A DNA stretch of 64,000 nt from positions 304,389 through 368,388 of the forward strand of contig CAVXQD010000002.1 of assembly GCA_963763885.1 (NCBI GenBank), in the 5' to 3' direction. A program made the position numbers and the translations under genes. Positions 21,117-29,447 of the stretch are shown here, piece by piece (the first letter of the stretch is position 1; each line of letters begins with the position of its first letter). Origin of the DNA: an uncultured Acidimicrobiales bacterium (GTDB lineage Bacteria > Actinomycetota > Acidimicrobiia > Acidimicrobiales > JANYDT01). Below the pieces are notes generated by a model. That model saw only the letters and a program-made list of their open reading frames with translations. It searched no databases and had not been told where the DNA came from.

Positions 21117-21233
21117 GAACGGAAGGGTACCGCGTCCGACTTCTGCGAAGTCGAGTGTGATGTTCTGCGGTGCTGTCTTCAGTGTTGTCGGTGTGTCGCT
21201 TGTGCGGTCAACTGTTCCCACGTACCGTTGCTT

Positions 21234-22904
21234 ATGGACACGACTCTTGAATCGGTGATCGACCTTCGGGAGCGGTTGGCTCGTGAGCTTCAGTCCACGC
21301 CGGAACGGTTTGCAAATGATCGCGCATTGGCTGTTGCCCGAACTCGATATGAGTGGCAGCACATCCCCGGGCTTCCTCCATTTGCCAAACAAAACCCAGA
21401 TGCCCCAGAACTCCAGCAAAAGGGAAGGCTGGGTTATGACTACGCGATGAGCATCCTCAATGGTGCTCTCAGTGGGTTCGGTTGGGGGCGAGACAAAGGG
21501 GCCCGTAGCCATCGTTTGGAGCACTATTCCCACTTCTATCTTTGGCGAGACATGCCAAAGGTTGCGGCTCGATGGAAGACCGACGCGGAGTTTGCGCGGC
21601 AGCGTCTCAACGGCGTCAACCCGCTCCTCATCAAACGGATAGCCGCGATCCCCGAGAATTTCGCAGTTGACGATGAGCGTCTCCGCGGGGTGCTTCCAGC
21701 GGGCTTTTCGCTGACCCGGCTCCTTGGCGAAGGTCGCCTCTTCTTGTGTGACTGGGCAGCGCTCGACGAATGTCCCGTTGCATTTGGACGGTTCTTGTCG
21801 GCCCCGTTGGCACTGTTCTGGGTCAACGAAGACCGTGTGTTGATGCCGCTCGCTATTCAGCTCGCGCAGTCCATCACCACGGCCAAGGTGGTGTTTACGC
21901 CGGCGGATGAACCGTGGCTGTGGCTCACCGCTCGCACCCACGTGCAAGCGGCCGACGCAGCTCTCCACGAGATTGTGGAACACCTCGCAAAGACCCACCT
22001 GGTGATGGAAACGGTCTTTGTTGCGATGAGCCGCACGCTTCCGCCGCAGCATCCGGTGCACCAATTTTTAGCGCCTCATTTTGAAGGGACGCTGTTCATC
22101 AACCGTGGTGCACGCGACACCATGATTGCTCCCGAGGGTCCCATCGACCGATCCATCGCAGTTGGTACCGACGGGGCCTATTGGCTCATTGGGCAAGCCT
22201 GGTCGAAGTTTTCTTTCGCAGACCTGCACCTTCCAGAGGATCTGGCGTTGCGCGACGTCGCGGACCAAGACGGTCTGCCGGGTTACTACTACAGAGACGA
22301 CGCGCAGTTGTTGTGGCGGGCAATGGCTGCGTATACCGAAGAGGTTCTTCGCCACTTCTACGCCGACGACGCTTCAGTCGCGACGGACGAACAGCTGGCC
22401 GCATGGTGGCATGAACTGACTGCTGCCGATGCGGGCGGGATGGCAGGCCTCCCCGGCTCCGATGGACGGTTCCGAACGTTCGCAGAATTGCACAGGATGA
22501 TTACGGTCACGATGTTCACCGCAACGGTTCAACATTCCGCCGTCAACAACGGCCAGTACGACATCTTCGGCTTCATCCCAAACTCGCCCGGTGCGATGTT
22601 TTTGCCGCCGCCCACCACTCTCGACGTCAGCTCAGAAGGTCTGTTCACGTACGGTCTGCCGACGTTCACAGCGTCCGCAATCCAACTGAAGCTTGTGCAC
22701 CTCTTGTCAGCACCACCAATGTCTCGGCTGGGGGAGTACCGGCCAGAGTTCCTTCGGGAGCACCGTGAGGTCCGCGCTGCTGTTGACCGGTTTCTCGTTG
22801 CACTCGACGAAGTCGCGTTCCGCATAGACGAGCGCAATTCGCAGGTTGCCGTGCCGTACACGTACCTGCAGCCTGCCAACATCGCTAACTCGATCAGCGT
22901 GTAG
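21234..22904 (+). CDS. Lipoxygenase
   Basis: W..DAEFARQRLNGVNP, LMPLAIQL, WLTARTHV, HEIVEHLAKTHL, HPV..FL.PHF, YYYRDDA, QHSAVN, C-terminal YTYLQP..IANSISV. Confidence 0.96.
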   Translation: MDTTLESVIDLRERLARELQSTPERFANDRALAVARTRYEWQHIPGLPPFAKQNPDAPELQQKGRLGYDYAMSILNGALSGFGWGRDKGARSHRLEHYSHFYLWRDMPKVAARWKTDAEFARQRLNGVNPLLIKRIAAIPENFAVDDERLRGVLPAGFSLTRLLGEGRLFLCDWAALDECPVAFGRFLSAPLALFWVNEDRVLMPLAIQLAQSITTAKVVFTPADEPWLWLTARTHVQAADAALHEIVEHLAKTHLVMETVFVAMSRTLPPQHPVHQFLAPHFEGTLFINRGARDTMIAPEGPIDRSIAVGTDGAYWLIGQAWSKFSFADLHLPEDLALRDVADQDGLPGYYYRDDAQLLWRAMAAYTEEVLRHFYADDASVATDEQLAAWWHELTAADAGGMAGLPGSDGRFRTFAELHRMITVTMFTATVQHSAVNNGQYDIFGFIPNSPGAMFLPPPTTLDVSSEGLFTYGLPTFTASAIQLKLVHLLSAPPMSRLGEYRPEFLREHREVRAAVDRFLVALDEVAFRIDERNSQVAVPYTYLQPANIANSISV

Positions 22905-24171
22905 TGGACGCCGTCTGTATATCCCGCATATCACGGCCGCGCCCGTGTCTGATGGGTTGCTCCACCTCGGACTCAACTCCGATCCCTCCGTTCGCCACTC
23001 GGCCGCGCCCGCTTGGGATGGGTTGCTCCACCTCGGACTCAACTCCGATCCCTCCGTTCGCCACTCGGCCGCGCCCGGGTGGGATCGGCATCGGCGGAAT
23101 CGGATCCCAATCAGGTGCGTATCGAGAGTCTGGAAACTTGGCTGGCATGCCACGAAGCCTGTAGGAGAGCAGTCGTGCCTGTGCGGCGCGTCGTGTTGCC
23201 AACCGAAGGTTGTTGACCGAATGGGGGTCGTCGATGGAAACGCCGGTGGGCACCGGAAGCGATGGTGGGTGGTTTCCGATGTCGTACCAGGTGAGCATTG
23301 ATTCCTCGTAGTCCAGCGCTTCGGTGAGGGTCACTTCGGCCACGTCGTGCCATGGGGTGACGGTCTCGTCCCACTCGTACTGCGCGGTTACCCACGTGGG
23401 GTCTGGTCCCGGCGGCTTGCGCCGTGTCTGGATCTGGAAGCGGTACTGAATGGTGCCGTCGCCTTCCAGCCGAGCGCGTAGTTCGTCTTTCAGGTAGTTG
23501 CGTGTGCGTTGCTCGTCTGGCAGCGGGTTCTGGAACCAGTTGTGGTCTTTCCACCACTGTGGAAGCTCGCCTGAATCTGTCCCATCCCAACCTTCAGCTG
23601 GAATGAGACGGTACCGGCAGTAGTAGTACGTGCCCATGCGATCGACGAAACCGAAGCAGGTCTGGCTGTTGTAGCTGAGCTTCGAGAACGATTCAGGGTT
23701 TCGCCGGCTGCTGTCTCCGCCACCGAATACGGCTTGTGGGTTGGTCCTGAGGTAGTGGACGAACATCTTTCCGCGTTCGTTGGTCTTGCGAAATTGCCAA
23801 GTAGTGCGAGCGCTCCAGAACAGCCCGACGCGGCCGGTGTTCATCAGAACGTCGAAGGGTGAGGCGAAGCGCTCGTCTGAGAGTTTGAGCGCTGCCGACC
23901 GAACGCACATCTTGGCGTCATCTCGAAAGAGAACTGATCCGTGTCTGAGTCTGCAGGGAAACTCGCGGCCCGGCTGAAAGAAGTCGTGCTCTGGGAAGGT
24001 TGGATTGTCCACCACCCGAAACCTTCCCCGCGTGAGGGCGCCGTTCTCATGTGACATTCGTTTGCGTTGAACGAACGCGCTGATGGTGATGCCCACCGTC
24101 ATGACGGCGACGATTGCCTGTAGCTGCAGTCGGAGCAAACTGGCCCAGAGGTTGTCGAACATTGTGTTCAC
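22894..24171 (-). CDS. Catalase-related hemoprotein, allene oxide synthase/hydroperoxide lyase-like
   Basis: RMSH, FPEHDFFQPGREFPCRLRH, DD...RS..LK, MNTG, RR.P..F..L.Y.SQ, YCRYR, YRFQIQ, WDETVTPW closely parallel the coral AOS domain as recalled. Confidence 0.85.
   Translation of the reverse strand: MNTMFDNLWASLLRLQLQAIVAVMTVGITISAFVQRKRMSHENGALTRGRFRVVDNPTFPEHDFFQPGREFPCRLRHGSVLFRDDAKMCVRSAALKLSDERFASPFDVLMNTGRVGLFWSARTTWQFRKTNERGKMFVHYLRTNPQAVFGGGDSSRRNPESFSKLSYNSQTCFGFVDRMGTYYYCRYRLIPAEGWDGTDSGELPQWWKDHNWFQNPLPDEQRTRNYLKDELRARLEGDGTIQYRFQIQTRRKPPGPDPTWVTAQYEWDETVTPWHDVAEVTLTEALDYEESMLTWYDIGNHPPSLPVPTGVSIDDPHSVNNLRLATRRAAQARLLSYRLRGMPAKFPDSRYAPDWDPIPPMPIPPGRGRVANGGIGVESEVEQPIPSGRGRVANGGIGVESEVEQPIRHGRGRDMRDIQTASTTR
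22934..23077 (-). repeat. MIRU-like 66-bp tandem repeat (2.2 copies) read in frame within the AOS-like C-terminus
   Basis: cggccgcgcccg at 22934, 23000 and 23066; peptide GRGRVANGGIGVESEVEQPI occurs twice. Confidence 0.92.
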
Positions 24172-24520
24172 CCAAATTCGTCGGTGTTGCGTCCGACGGT
24201 ACTCCTGCCTGGCGAGCGTTGCTCAGCCATATGAGGGCGCCTCTTCCTGGCGTCCGCTCCGCCAGGAAGAGACGACGGTTTCCGCCGACCACAACCCGGC
24301 TGAGATCGTTCGAACGTCTCGCCGATACCCGCTCGTTTTGCGATGCCGAGTCGTGGTTCCTCTTGGAACCAAATGTAAAGACTTACGACTCTCAGGACAC
24401 CGTAAGCGTGCGGGATATGGCGGCTGGTGCGAGGCTCAGTGCCGTGAGCGAGTAGCCGGTTGTGAAATGTCGTTCAGGTGAGCGACGCTCAGCGGAGTAT
24501 CACCGGTGACTCACGGTGTT

Positions 24521-24542
24521 GGCGCAGATGGCGAGATCTGCG
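24521..24542 (-). terminator. Hairpin downstream of the P450 gene
   Basis: gcgcagat-ggcgag-atctgcgc. Confidence 0.5.
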
Positions 24543-24559
24543 CTGGGCGCCGGGACGAA

Positions 24560-25783
24560 TCAGGTAGGGAACTTCACCGGGATGTTGCGAGGGCCTCGGA
24601 CCTGTCCACCGGCCCACGTGACAGCGGCATCATCACGGAGTTCGAACTCCGGAATCAGCGCCAGCCACTCGTCGACCGCCACCGTGAGTTCCATACGCGC
24701 AAGGTTTGAACCGGCGCATCGATGAATACCAGCACCGAAGGCCACGTGGCGGTTGATCTCTCGGTCGAGGATCACTTTGTCTGCATCTGGGAACTGTTGT
24801 GGATCTCGGTTTGCCGCGGGGAAGTTGAGGATGACTCTGTCTCCTGCGTGCATCGGGCACCCCTGCACCTCGATGTCCTCGGTGACGATTCGGGCCATGG
24901 TGACTGGCGAGTACGCCCGCAGCAGTTCTTCAATGGCGAACGGGCGGATCTCCGGTTCATTCACCATCCTGGCCCGGTCTTCGGGGTGCGTTGCGAGGTG
25001 CCACAGGGAAGAACCGATGGCCGACCAGGTGGTGTCAACCCCTGCGATGAGTGTGAGTGCGACGGTACCGAGGATGTGGGGGTCTGGGACTGGTGCGCCG
25101 TCAACCTCCGCGCGCAGCAACGCGCTGATGAGGTCTTCGCCATCGCCGCCACGGCGCTCGTCCATGCAGGCCATGAAATAGGCGGCAACCTCTTTCGTTG
25201 CCTGCTGGCGGCGAGGCCCATCGTTGGCAAACTCCAGAATGTCCCGGACCCAGCCGGTGAACGTGTCTGAATCTGACTCTGGGACTCCGAGGACCTTGCC
25301 GATGATGCGCACCGGAATCTGCTGGGCGTAGTCGGCTGCCGCGTCGGCCTGGCCCTTTTCAATAAACCCGCGGAGCAATTGGCGACACAGGTCACGGGTG
25401 TAGGTCTCGTAGAAGTCGACCTGCTTCGGTGAGAACCATGGCAAGAGAAGCCGGCGGGACCATCCGTGAACGGGAGGGTCTGCGGAGATCGGAGGAACAC
25501 CGGCCGAGAGGATGCCGCCCTGCCCTTGGTTCAACGGGGGAGGTGGGATCACGGCAACACTTCGTGAGCTGAAGTGCTCGACGTCGCGTGCGATGGCTGT
25601 GACGGATTCGTAGGTAGTTGGCAGCCAGGAACCGTCGTAGCGGTCAGAGTGGGCAATGGGGCAGTCTCCGCGCAACTCATCCCAGATGGGAAACGGATTA
25701 CCGATGTAACGCGGGTCGAACACGTCGTAGTCAGTCGCCCAGTCGTGGGCGCCGGTTGGCGCTACCTCGTTGTTTGCGTTCAT
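24560..25783 (-). CDS. Cytochrome P450
   Basis: AGVDTT I-helix, EELLR, heme motif FGAGIHRCAG; ATGA overlap with the upstream TauD-family gene. Confidence 0.95.
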   Translation of the reverse strand: MNANNEVAPTGAHDWATDYDVFDPRYIGNPFPIWDELRGDCPIAHSDRYDGSWLPTTYESVTAIARDVEHFSSRSVAVIPPPPLNQGQGGILSAGVPPISADPPVHGWSRRLLLPWFSPKQVDFYETYTRDLCRQLLRGFIEKGQADAAADYAQQIPVRIIGKVLGVPESDSDTFTGWVRDILEFANDGPRRQQATKEVAAYFMACMDERRGGDGEDLISALLRAEVDGAPVPDPHILGTVALTLIAGVDTTWSAIGSSLWHLATHPEDRARMVNEPEIRPFAIEELLRAYSPVTMARIVTEDIEVQGCPMHAGDRVILNFPAANRDPQQFPDADKVILDREINRHVAFGAGIHRCAGSNLARMELTVAVDEWLALIPEFELRDDAAVTWAGGQVRGPRNIPVKFPT

Positions 25784-26613
25784 CGTGCGTTGCTCCCTGC
25801 GTAGAAGGGCTGTTCGCCCTGCGTGGTGACCCGCCACCCCGAACGGGTCTCTGGGAAATAGTCCCAGCTGGCGTGGTGTTGCACGCACCTGTTGTCCCAC
25901 AGCGTGATGGTGTTGGGCTCCCACCGTATGCGGCACTGGAACTCGACTCCCAATGCAATGTGGTCAAACAGCATCTTGAGCAGCGCTGAGCTTTCTTCCT
26001 TCGTAACTCCTTTGATGCGGTCCGTGAACCCTGCGTTGACGTAAAGCGCGGTTCGGCCCGTATGGGGGTGGGTGCGCGCAACGGGGTGAACGTTGTTGGG
26101 GTAGTCGATTTCCGCCTTGCTCTTGTACTGGCCGCGCCACGGAAGGTCGCCGGCGTGGACGGCCTCACGTTCTGCAAGGAATGCGCGCATAGGGGCCGAT
26201 AGCGCTTCCCAAGCCTGATACATCGATGCAAACGCTGTGTCTCCGCCGCACGACGGCGTGGTTTCGATTCGCAACATGGAGATGGCTGGCGGCTGGAGGT
26301 CGCACGACACATCCGTGTGCCACCCTTCACCTGCGGTGTAGCGGGAGTTGGCATCGGTGTGGATTCGCAATGCTTCGGGGTGCTCTGCATCTGCGTAAGC
26401 CGGATGAACGTGAAGGGGGCCGAAGCGGCGTCCCAGCTCGATTTGTTCATCGAGGGTCATGTGCTGGTCTCGCACCGCCACGGCGCCGCGCTCGGCTACG
26501 AGGAGCTTGATCTCATCGATTCCGTCCTGGTTGAGCGACCGCAAGTCGACGCCGGTAAGCACCGTGCCTACGTATCGGTTGAGATCTTGTCGGGTTGCGG
26601 TCAACGAACTCAT
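25780..26613 (-). CDS. TauD/TfdA-family Fe(II)/2-oxoglutarate dioxygenase
   Basis: WHTDVS, GGDT, HPVARTHP, WDNRCVQH. Confidence 0.93.
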   Translation of the reverse strand: MSSLTATRQDLNRYVGTVLTGVDLRSLNQDGIDEIKLLVAERGAVAVRDQHMTLDEQIELGRRFGPLHVHPAYADAEHPEALRIHTDANSRYTAGEGWHTDVSCDLQPPAISMLRIETTPSCGGDTAFASMYQAWEALSAPMRAFLAEREAVHAGDLPWRGQYKSKAEIDYPNNVHPVARTHPHTGRTALYVNAGFTDRIKGVTKEESSALLKMLFDHIALGVEFQCRIRWEPNTITLWDNRCVQHHASWDYFPETRSGWRVTTQGEQPFYAGSNAR

Positions 26614-26643
26614 GATGTCCCTCGGTTCCGGCGAAAGTTGCAA

Positions 26644-26687
26644 GTGGCACTCGACAGTGCCACCGTTGGCACTCTAGAGTGCCAACG
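26644..26687. promoter_or_regulatory. Tandem TetR operators overlapping a divergent promoter
   Basis: gtggcact-cgac-agtgccac (26644-26663) and perfect 24-bp palindrome cgttggcactctagagtgccaacg (26664-26687) containing the -10 box TAGAGT. Confidence 0.85.
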
Positions 26688-27409
26688 TGAACTTGTCGAG
26701 CCCCGATACCGTGCTCACCCCTGGGCGGGTTGGTTTCGTTGCGCTGGTAGAACCTGCTGCCGACGATGCCCGAACGGTGGTCCGTCGGCGAATCCTGCGT
26801 GCGGCTCGCCATGTGCTTGCCACACAAGGTCTCGGCGTCTCAATGGAAGAGGTTGCGGTCGCGGCCGGCATGGGGCGTCGCACGCTCTTTCGATACTTCG
26901 ACACCCACGAGCGCCTCATCGCTGAAGCGCTGAATTCCTCGTTGGACTGGTACGACGTGCAGGTCTCGCAGGCCACCACTGCAGATCAACCGCTACACGA
27001 ATGGTTGATTGGGCTTACCTCGCGGGTGCATGCAATCCATCAGTCCGCAGGTCTCGCGTTGTGGCAGCTGGCTGCGTCGGACGATGCCGACCTCGCGGAC
27101 GCCTTTGCGGCGGTCAATCAGCGTCGGCGTCTGGCCCGGCGGACCGCAACCGAGGCGATTGCCTCAGCCGCGTGGATTCGCGCTGAAGGATCGGGGCCCT
27201 GTCCGGAGGCCGTGGTGGATGTATGTGCACTCACTATCTCTTCATTCGCAAGCCACTCGATGATTGAAGATTTCGGCAGAGACCCGGTGGTCGTTGCGCG
27301 TTCATCTGCCGCCATCCTTGAGGCGTTTCTTCTTGCCCAAGTGGCAGAAGCGTCACGTAACAAGCCGTCGAGCGTTGTTGCGTCGACGCCGCGAAAGAAG
27401 CGCTCATGA
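26687..27409 (+). CDS. TetR/AcrR-family transcriptional regulator
   Basis: RILRAA..., SMEEVAVAAGMGRRTLFRYF HTH. Confidence 0.92.
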   Translation: MNLSSPDTVLTPGRVGFVALVEPAADDARTVVRRRILRAARHVLATQGLGVSMEEVAVAAGMGRRTLFRYFDTHERLIAEALNSSLDWYDVQVSQATTADQPLHEWLIGLTSRVHAIHQSAGLALWQLAASDDADLADAFAAVNQRRRLARRTATEAIASAAWIRAEGSGPCPEAVVDVCALTISSFASHSMIEDFGRDPVVVARSSAAILEAFLLAQVAEASRNKPSSVVASTPRKKRS

Positions 27410-28395
27410 GCGAAGCCGAAGCAGTTGTGATGTACCAGCACGGTGGGCCCAATGTTCTGTCGATGGAACAACTGCAGGTGCCCCATCCCGGGACAGGTGA
27501 GGTCACCGTTGCCCACAGTGCTGTTGGCTTGAACTTCGCTGACACCTATTTCCGTTCGGGGTTGTATCCGGTGAAATTGCCGAGCGGAATAGGAGTCGAA
27601 GCAGCAGGCACCATTGTCGAAGTTGGCCCCAATGCCTCTGGATTCCAAGTGGGCGACCGAGTCACGTACACGGGCAGCCCTCTGGGGGCGTACAGCACCG
27701 TGCGAACCATGCCGGTCGGCTCGCTCATCGCACTGCCCGATGCCATTGGATTCGACACCGCAGCAGCGATGACGATGCGCGGCCTCACCTCGGCCTACCT
27801 GCTCCGGCGAATCTGGCCGCTTGCATCTGGCGACACGGTTCTGTTCCACGCAGCTGCCGGCGGAGTAGGTCTGATCTTTTGTCAGTGGGCCGCGCTCCTT
27901 GGCATACGCGTCATCGGGACAGTGTCAAACGCAGAGAAAGCTGGCATCGCTCGTGCGCACGGTTGCGCCGAGGTGATCGACACTTCGGCTGACGATGTTG
28001 TGGGGCGTGTCAAAGACCTCACTGATGGAGCGGGAGTGCGTGTTGTGTACGACGGGGTTGGTCGCGACACGTTCGACACGTCCATGAAGTGCCTCGGTCG
28101 CAGGGCCTTGTTGGTTTGTCTTGGCACCGCGTCTGGGCCGACGCCGCCCATTGAGACCCCTGATCTCGTGCGACGACGATCTGCATATGTCACGCGCCCA
28201 GCGTTGGCCGACTACATCGCAGACCCAGCGGAACGTGCAGCCCTGGTGGAAGAGCTGTTCGACCATGTTTCGGCTAGCCGTATCCGGGTGGAGATCAACC
28301 AGCGTTACCGTTTGGCAGATGCCGTACGCGCACATACAGACCTTGAATCCCGGGTCACAACCGGTTCGTCCATCTTCGACTTGTCCCTGGCCTGA
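27406..28395 (+). CDS. qor: NADPH:quinone oxidoreductase (zeta-crystallin/MDR family)
   Basis: GLNFADTYFRSGLY, HAAAGGVG, VVYDGVG, TTGS. Confidence 0.9.
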   Translation: MSEAEAVVMYQHGGPNVLSMEQLQVPHPGTGEVTVAHSAVGLNFADTYFRSGLYPVKLPSGIGVEAAGTIVEVGPNASGFQVGDRVTYTGSPLGAYSTVRTMPVGSLIALPDAIGFDTAAAMTMRGLTSAYLLRRIWPLASGDTVLFHAAAGGVGLIFCQWAALLGIRVIGTVSNAEKAGIARAHGCAEVIDTSADDVVGRVKDLTDGAGVRVVYDGVGRDTFDTSMKCLGRRALLVCLGTASGPTPPIETPDLVRRRSAYVTRPALADYIADPAERAALVEELFDHVSASRIRVEINQRYRLADAVRAHTDLESRVTTGSSIFDLSLA

Positions 28396-28425
28396 ACAGC
28401 CTGATTAGACCGCAGGAGTTACACC

Positions 28426-29298
28426 ATGACAACCTCCCCCACACGGCGCATGTTGAATGTGGATCAACTAGTGCCAGCCATCGGCGCTGAGGTCAGCAAC
28501 ATCGATCTGGCCGAGGCGGGTCGAAACGACGACTTGTTTGGTGAGATTCGGCAACTGCTGTTGAAACACAAGGTGCTGTTCTTCCGTGATCAGGCGTTGC
28601 CTCCCGGGGATCAGGTTGCGTTCGCAGAGAAGTTCGGTGCCTTGGAGGCGCACCCCATTGCGCCCTCGCACCCAGACTTCCCTACGTTGTTGTTGATTCA
28701 TCGCCAAGCCGAGCGCAGCACCTATGAGAACGTTTGGCACAGCGACGCGTCGTTCCGGTCAGAACCTCCCATGGGAGCGGTGCTTAAGTGCGACGAGTGC
28801 CCATCGGTTGGTGGAGACACCATGTGGGCCAACATGGCACTCGCCTATGACCGGCTTCCGGATCGAATCAAGGAGCGCATCGGTGATCTCCTTGCCCAGC
28901 ACAGCCTTGAGCAGTCGTTTGGAGGTGCAATGTCGCCAGAGAAGCGGGCCGCGCTGGTCGCAGAGAACCCGCCGTCCAACCACCCGGTAGTGCGAACGCA
29001 TCCGGAAACTGGCGAGAAGATCCTCTATGTGAACCAAGGGTTCGCCACCCACTTTGTGAACTTCCAACGGTTCGACCGTATTCGGGTGGGTCAAGACTTC
29101 ACGATGGAATCCAACCACCTCATGAACTACTTGCTCAGTCAGGCCGCCATCCCCGAATACCAAGTGCGCATACGTTGGCGTCCGGGCACGGTGGCAGTTT
29201 GGGACAACCGGGTGTGCCAGCACTACGCGGTGCACGACTATTACCCCAGTCCCCGCAAAATGGCCCGGGCCACCATCACGGGCACCCGCCCGGAGTAG
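28426..29298 (+). CDS. TauD/TfdA-family Fe(II)/2-oxoglutarate dioxygenase (second)
   Basis: WHSDAS, GGDT, HPVVRTHPETG, WDNRVCQHYA. Confidence 0.93.
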   Translation: MTTSPTRRMLNVDQLVPAIGAEVSNIDLAEAGRNDDLFGEIRQLLLKHKVLFFRDQALPPGDQVAFAEKFGALEAHPIAPSHPDFPTLLLIHRQAERSTYENVWHSDASFRSEPPMGAVLKCDECPSVGGDTMWANMALAYDRLPDRIKERIGDLLAQHSLEQSFGGAMSPEKRAALVAENPPSNHPVVRTHPETGEKILYVNQGFATHFVNFQRFDRIRVGQDFTMESNHLMNYLLSQAAIPEYQVRIRWRPGTVAVWDNRVCQHYAVHDYYPSPRKMARATITGTRPE

Positions 29299-29447
29299 GC
29301 CTGCCTGCCTTCCTTTCATGTGTGGTCGGCCCTGCTGCTCAGTCCGAGAAAGGTCCCCGTGAGAGCGAGGTAACGGAACTCGACAGATTTTTCATGGTGT
29401 CCTTCTCGGTCCCAATGAAGCCTGATGGAGAGATCGACGGGCGACGT

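Noticed and set aside
21117-22064. N-terminal ~316 aa of the 1205-aa minus-strand ORF
   Set aside because: Mostly antisense to the lipoxygenase with no recognisable motifs; cyclase similarity begins near 21100
22800-22904. Manganese lipoxygenase assignment from the C-terminal Val
   Set aside because: First-ligand spacing is H-x4-H (iron type), not the H-x3-H of fungal Mn-LOX
24172-24470. TPP, c-di-GMP or c-di-AMP riboswitch
   Set aside because: Only isolated short matches; the conserved cores are not present in order
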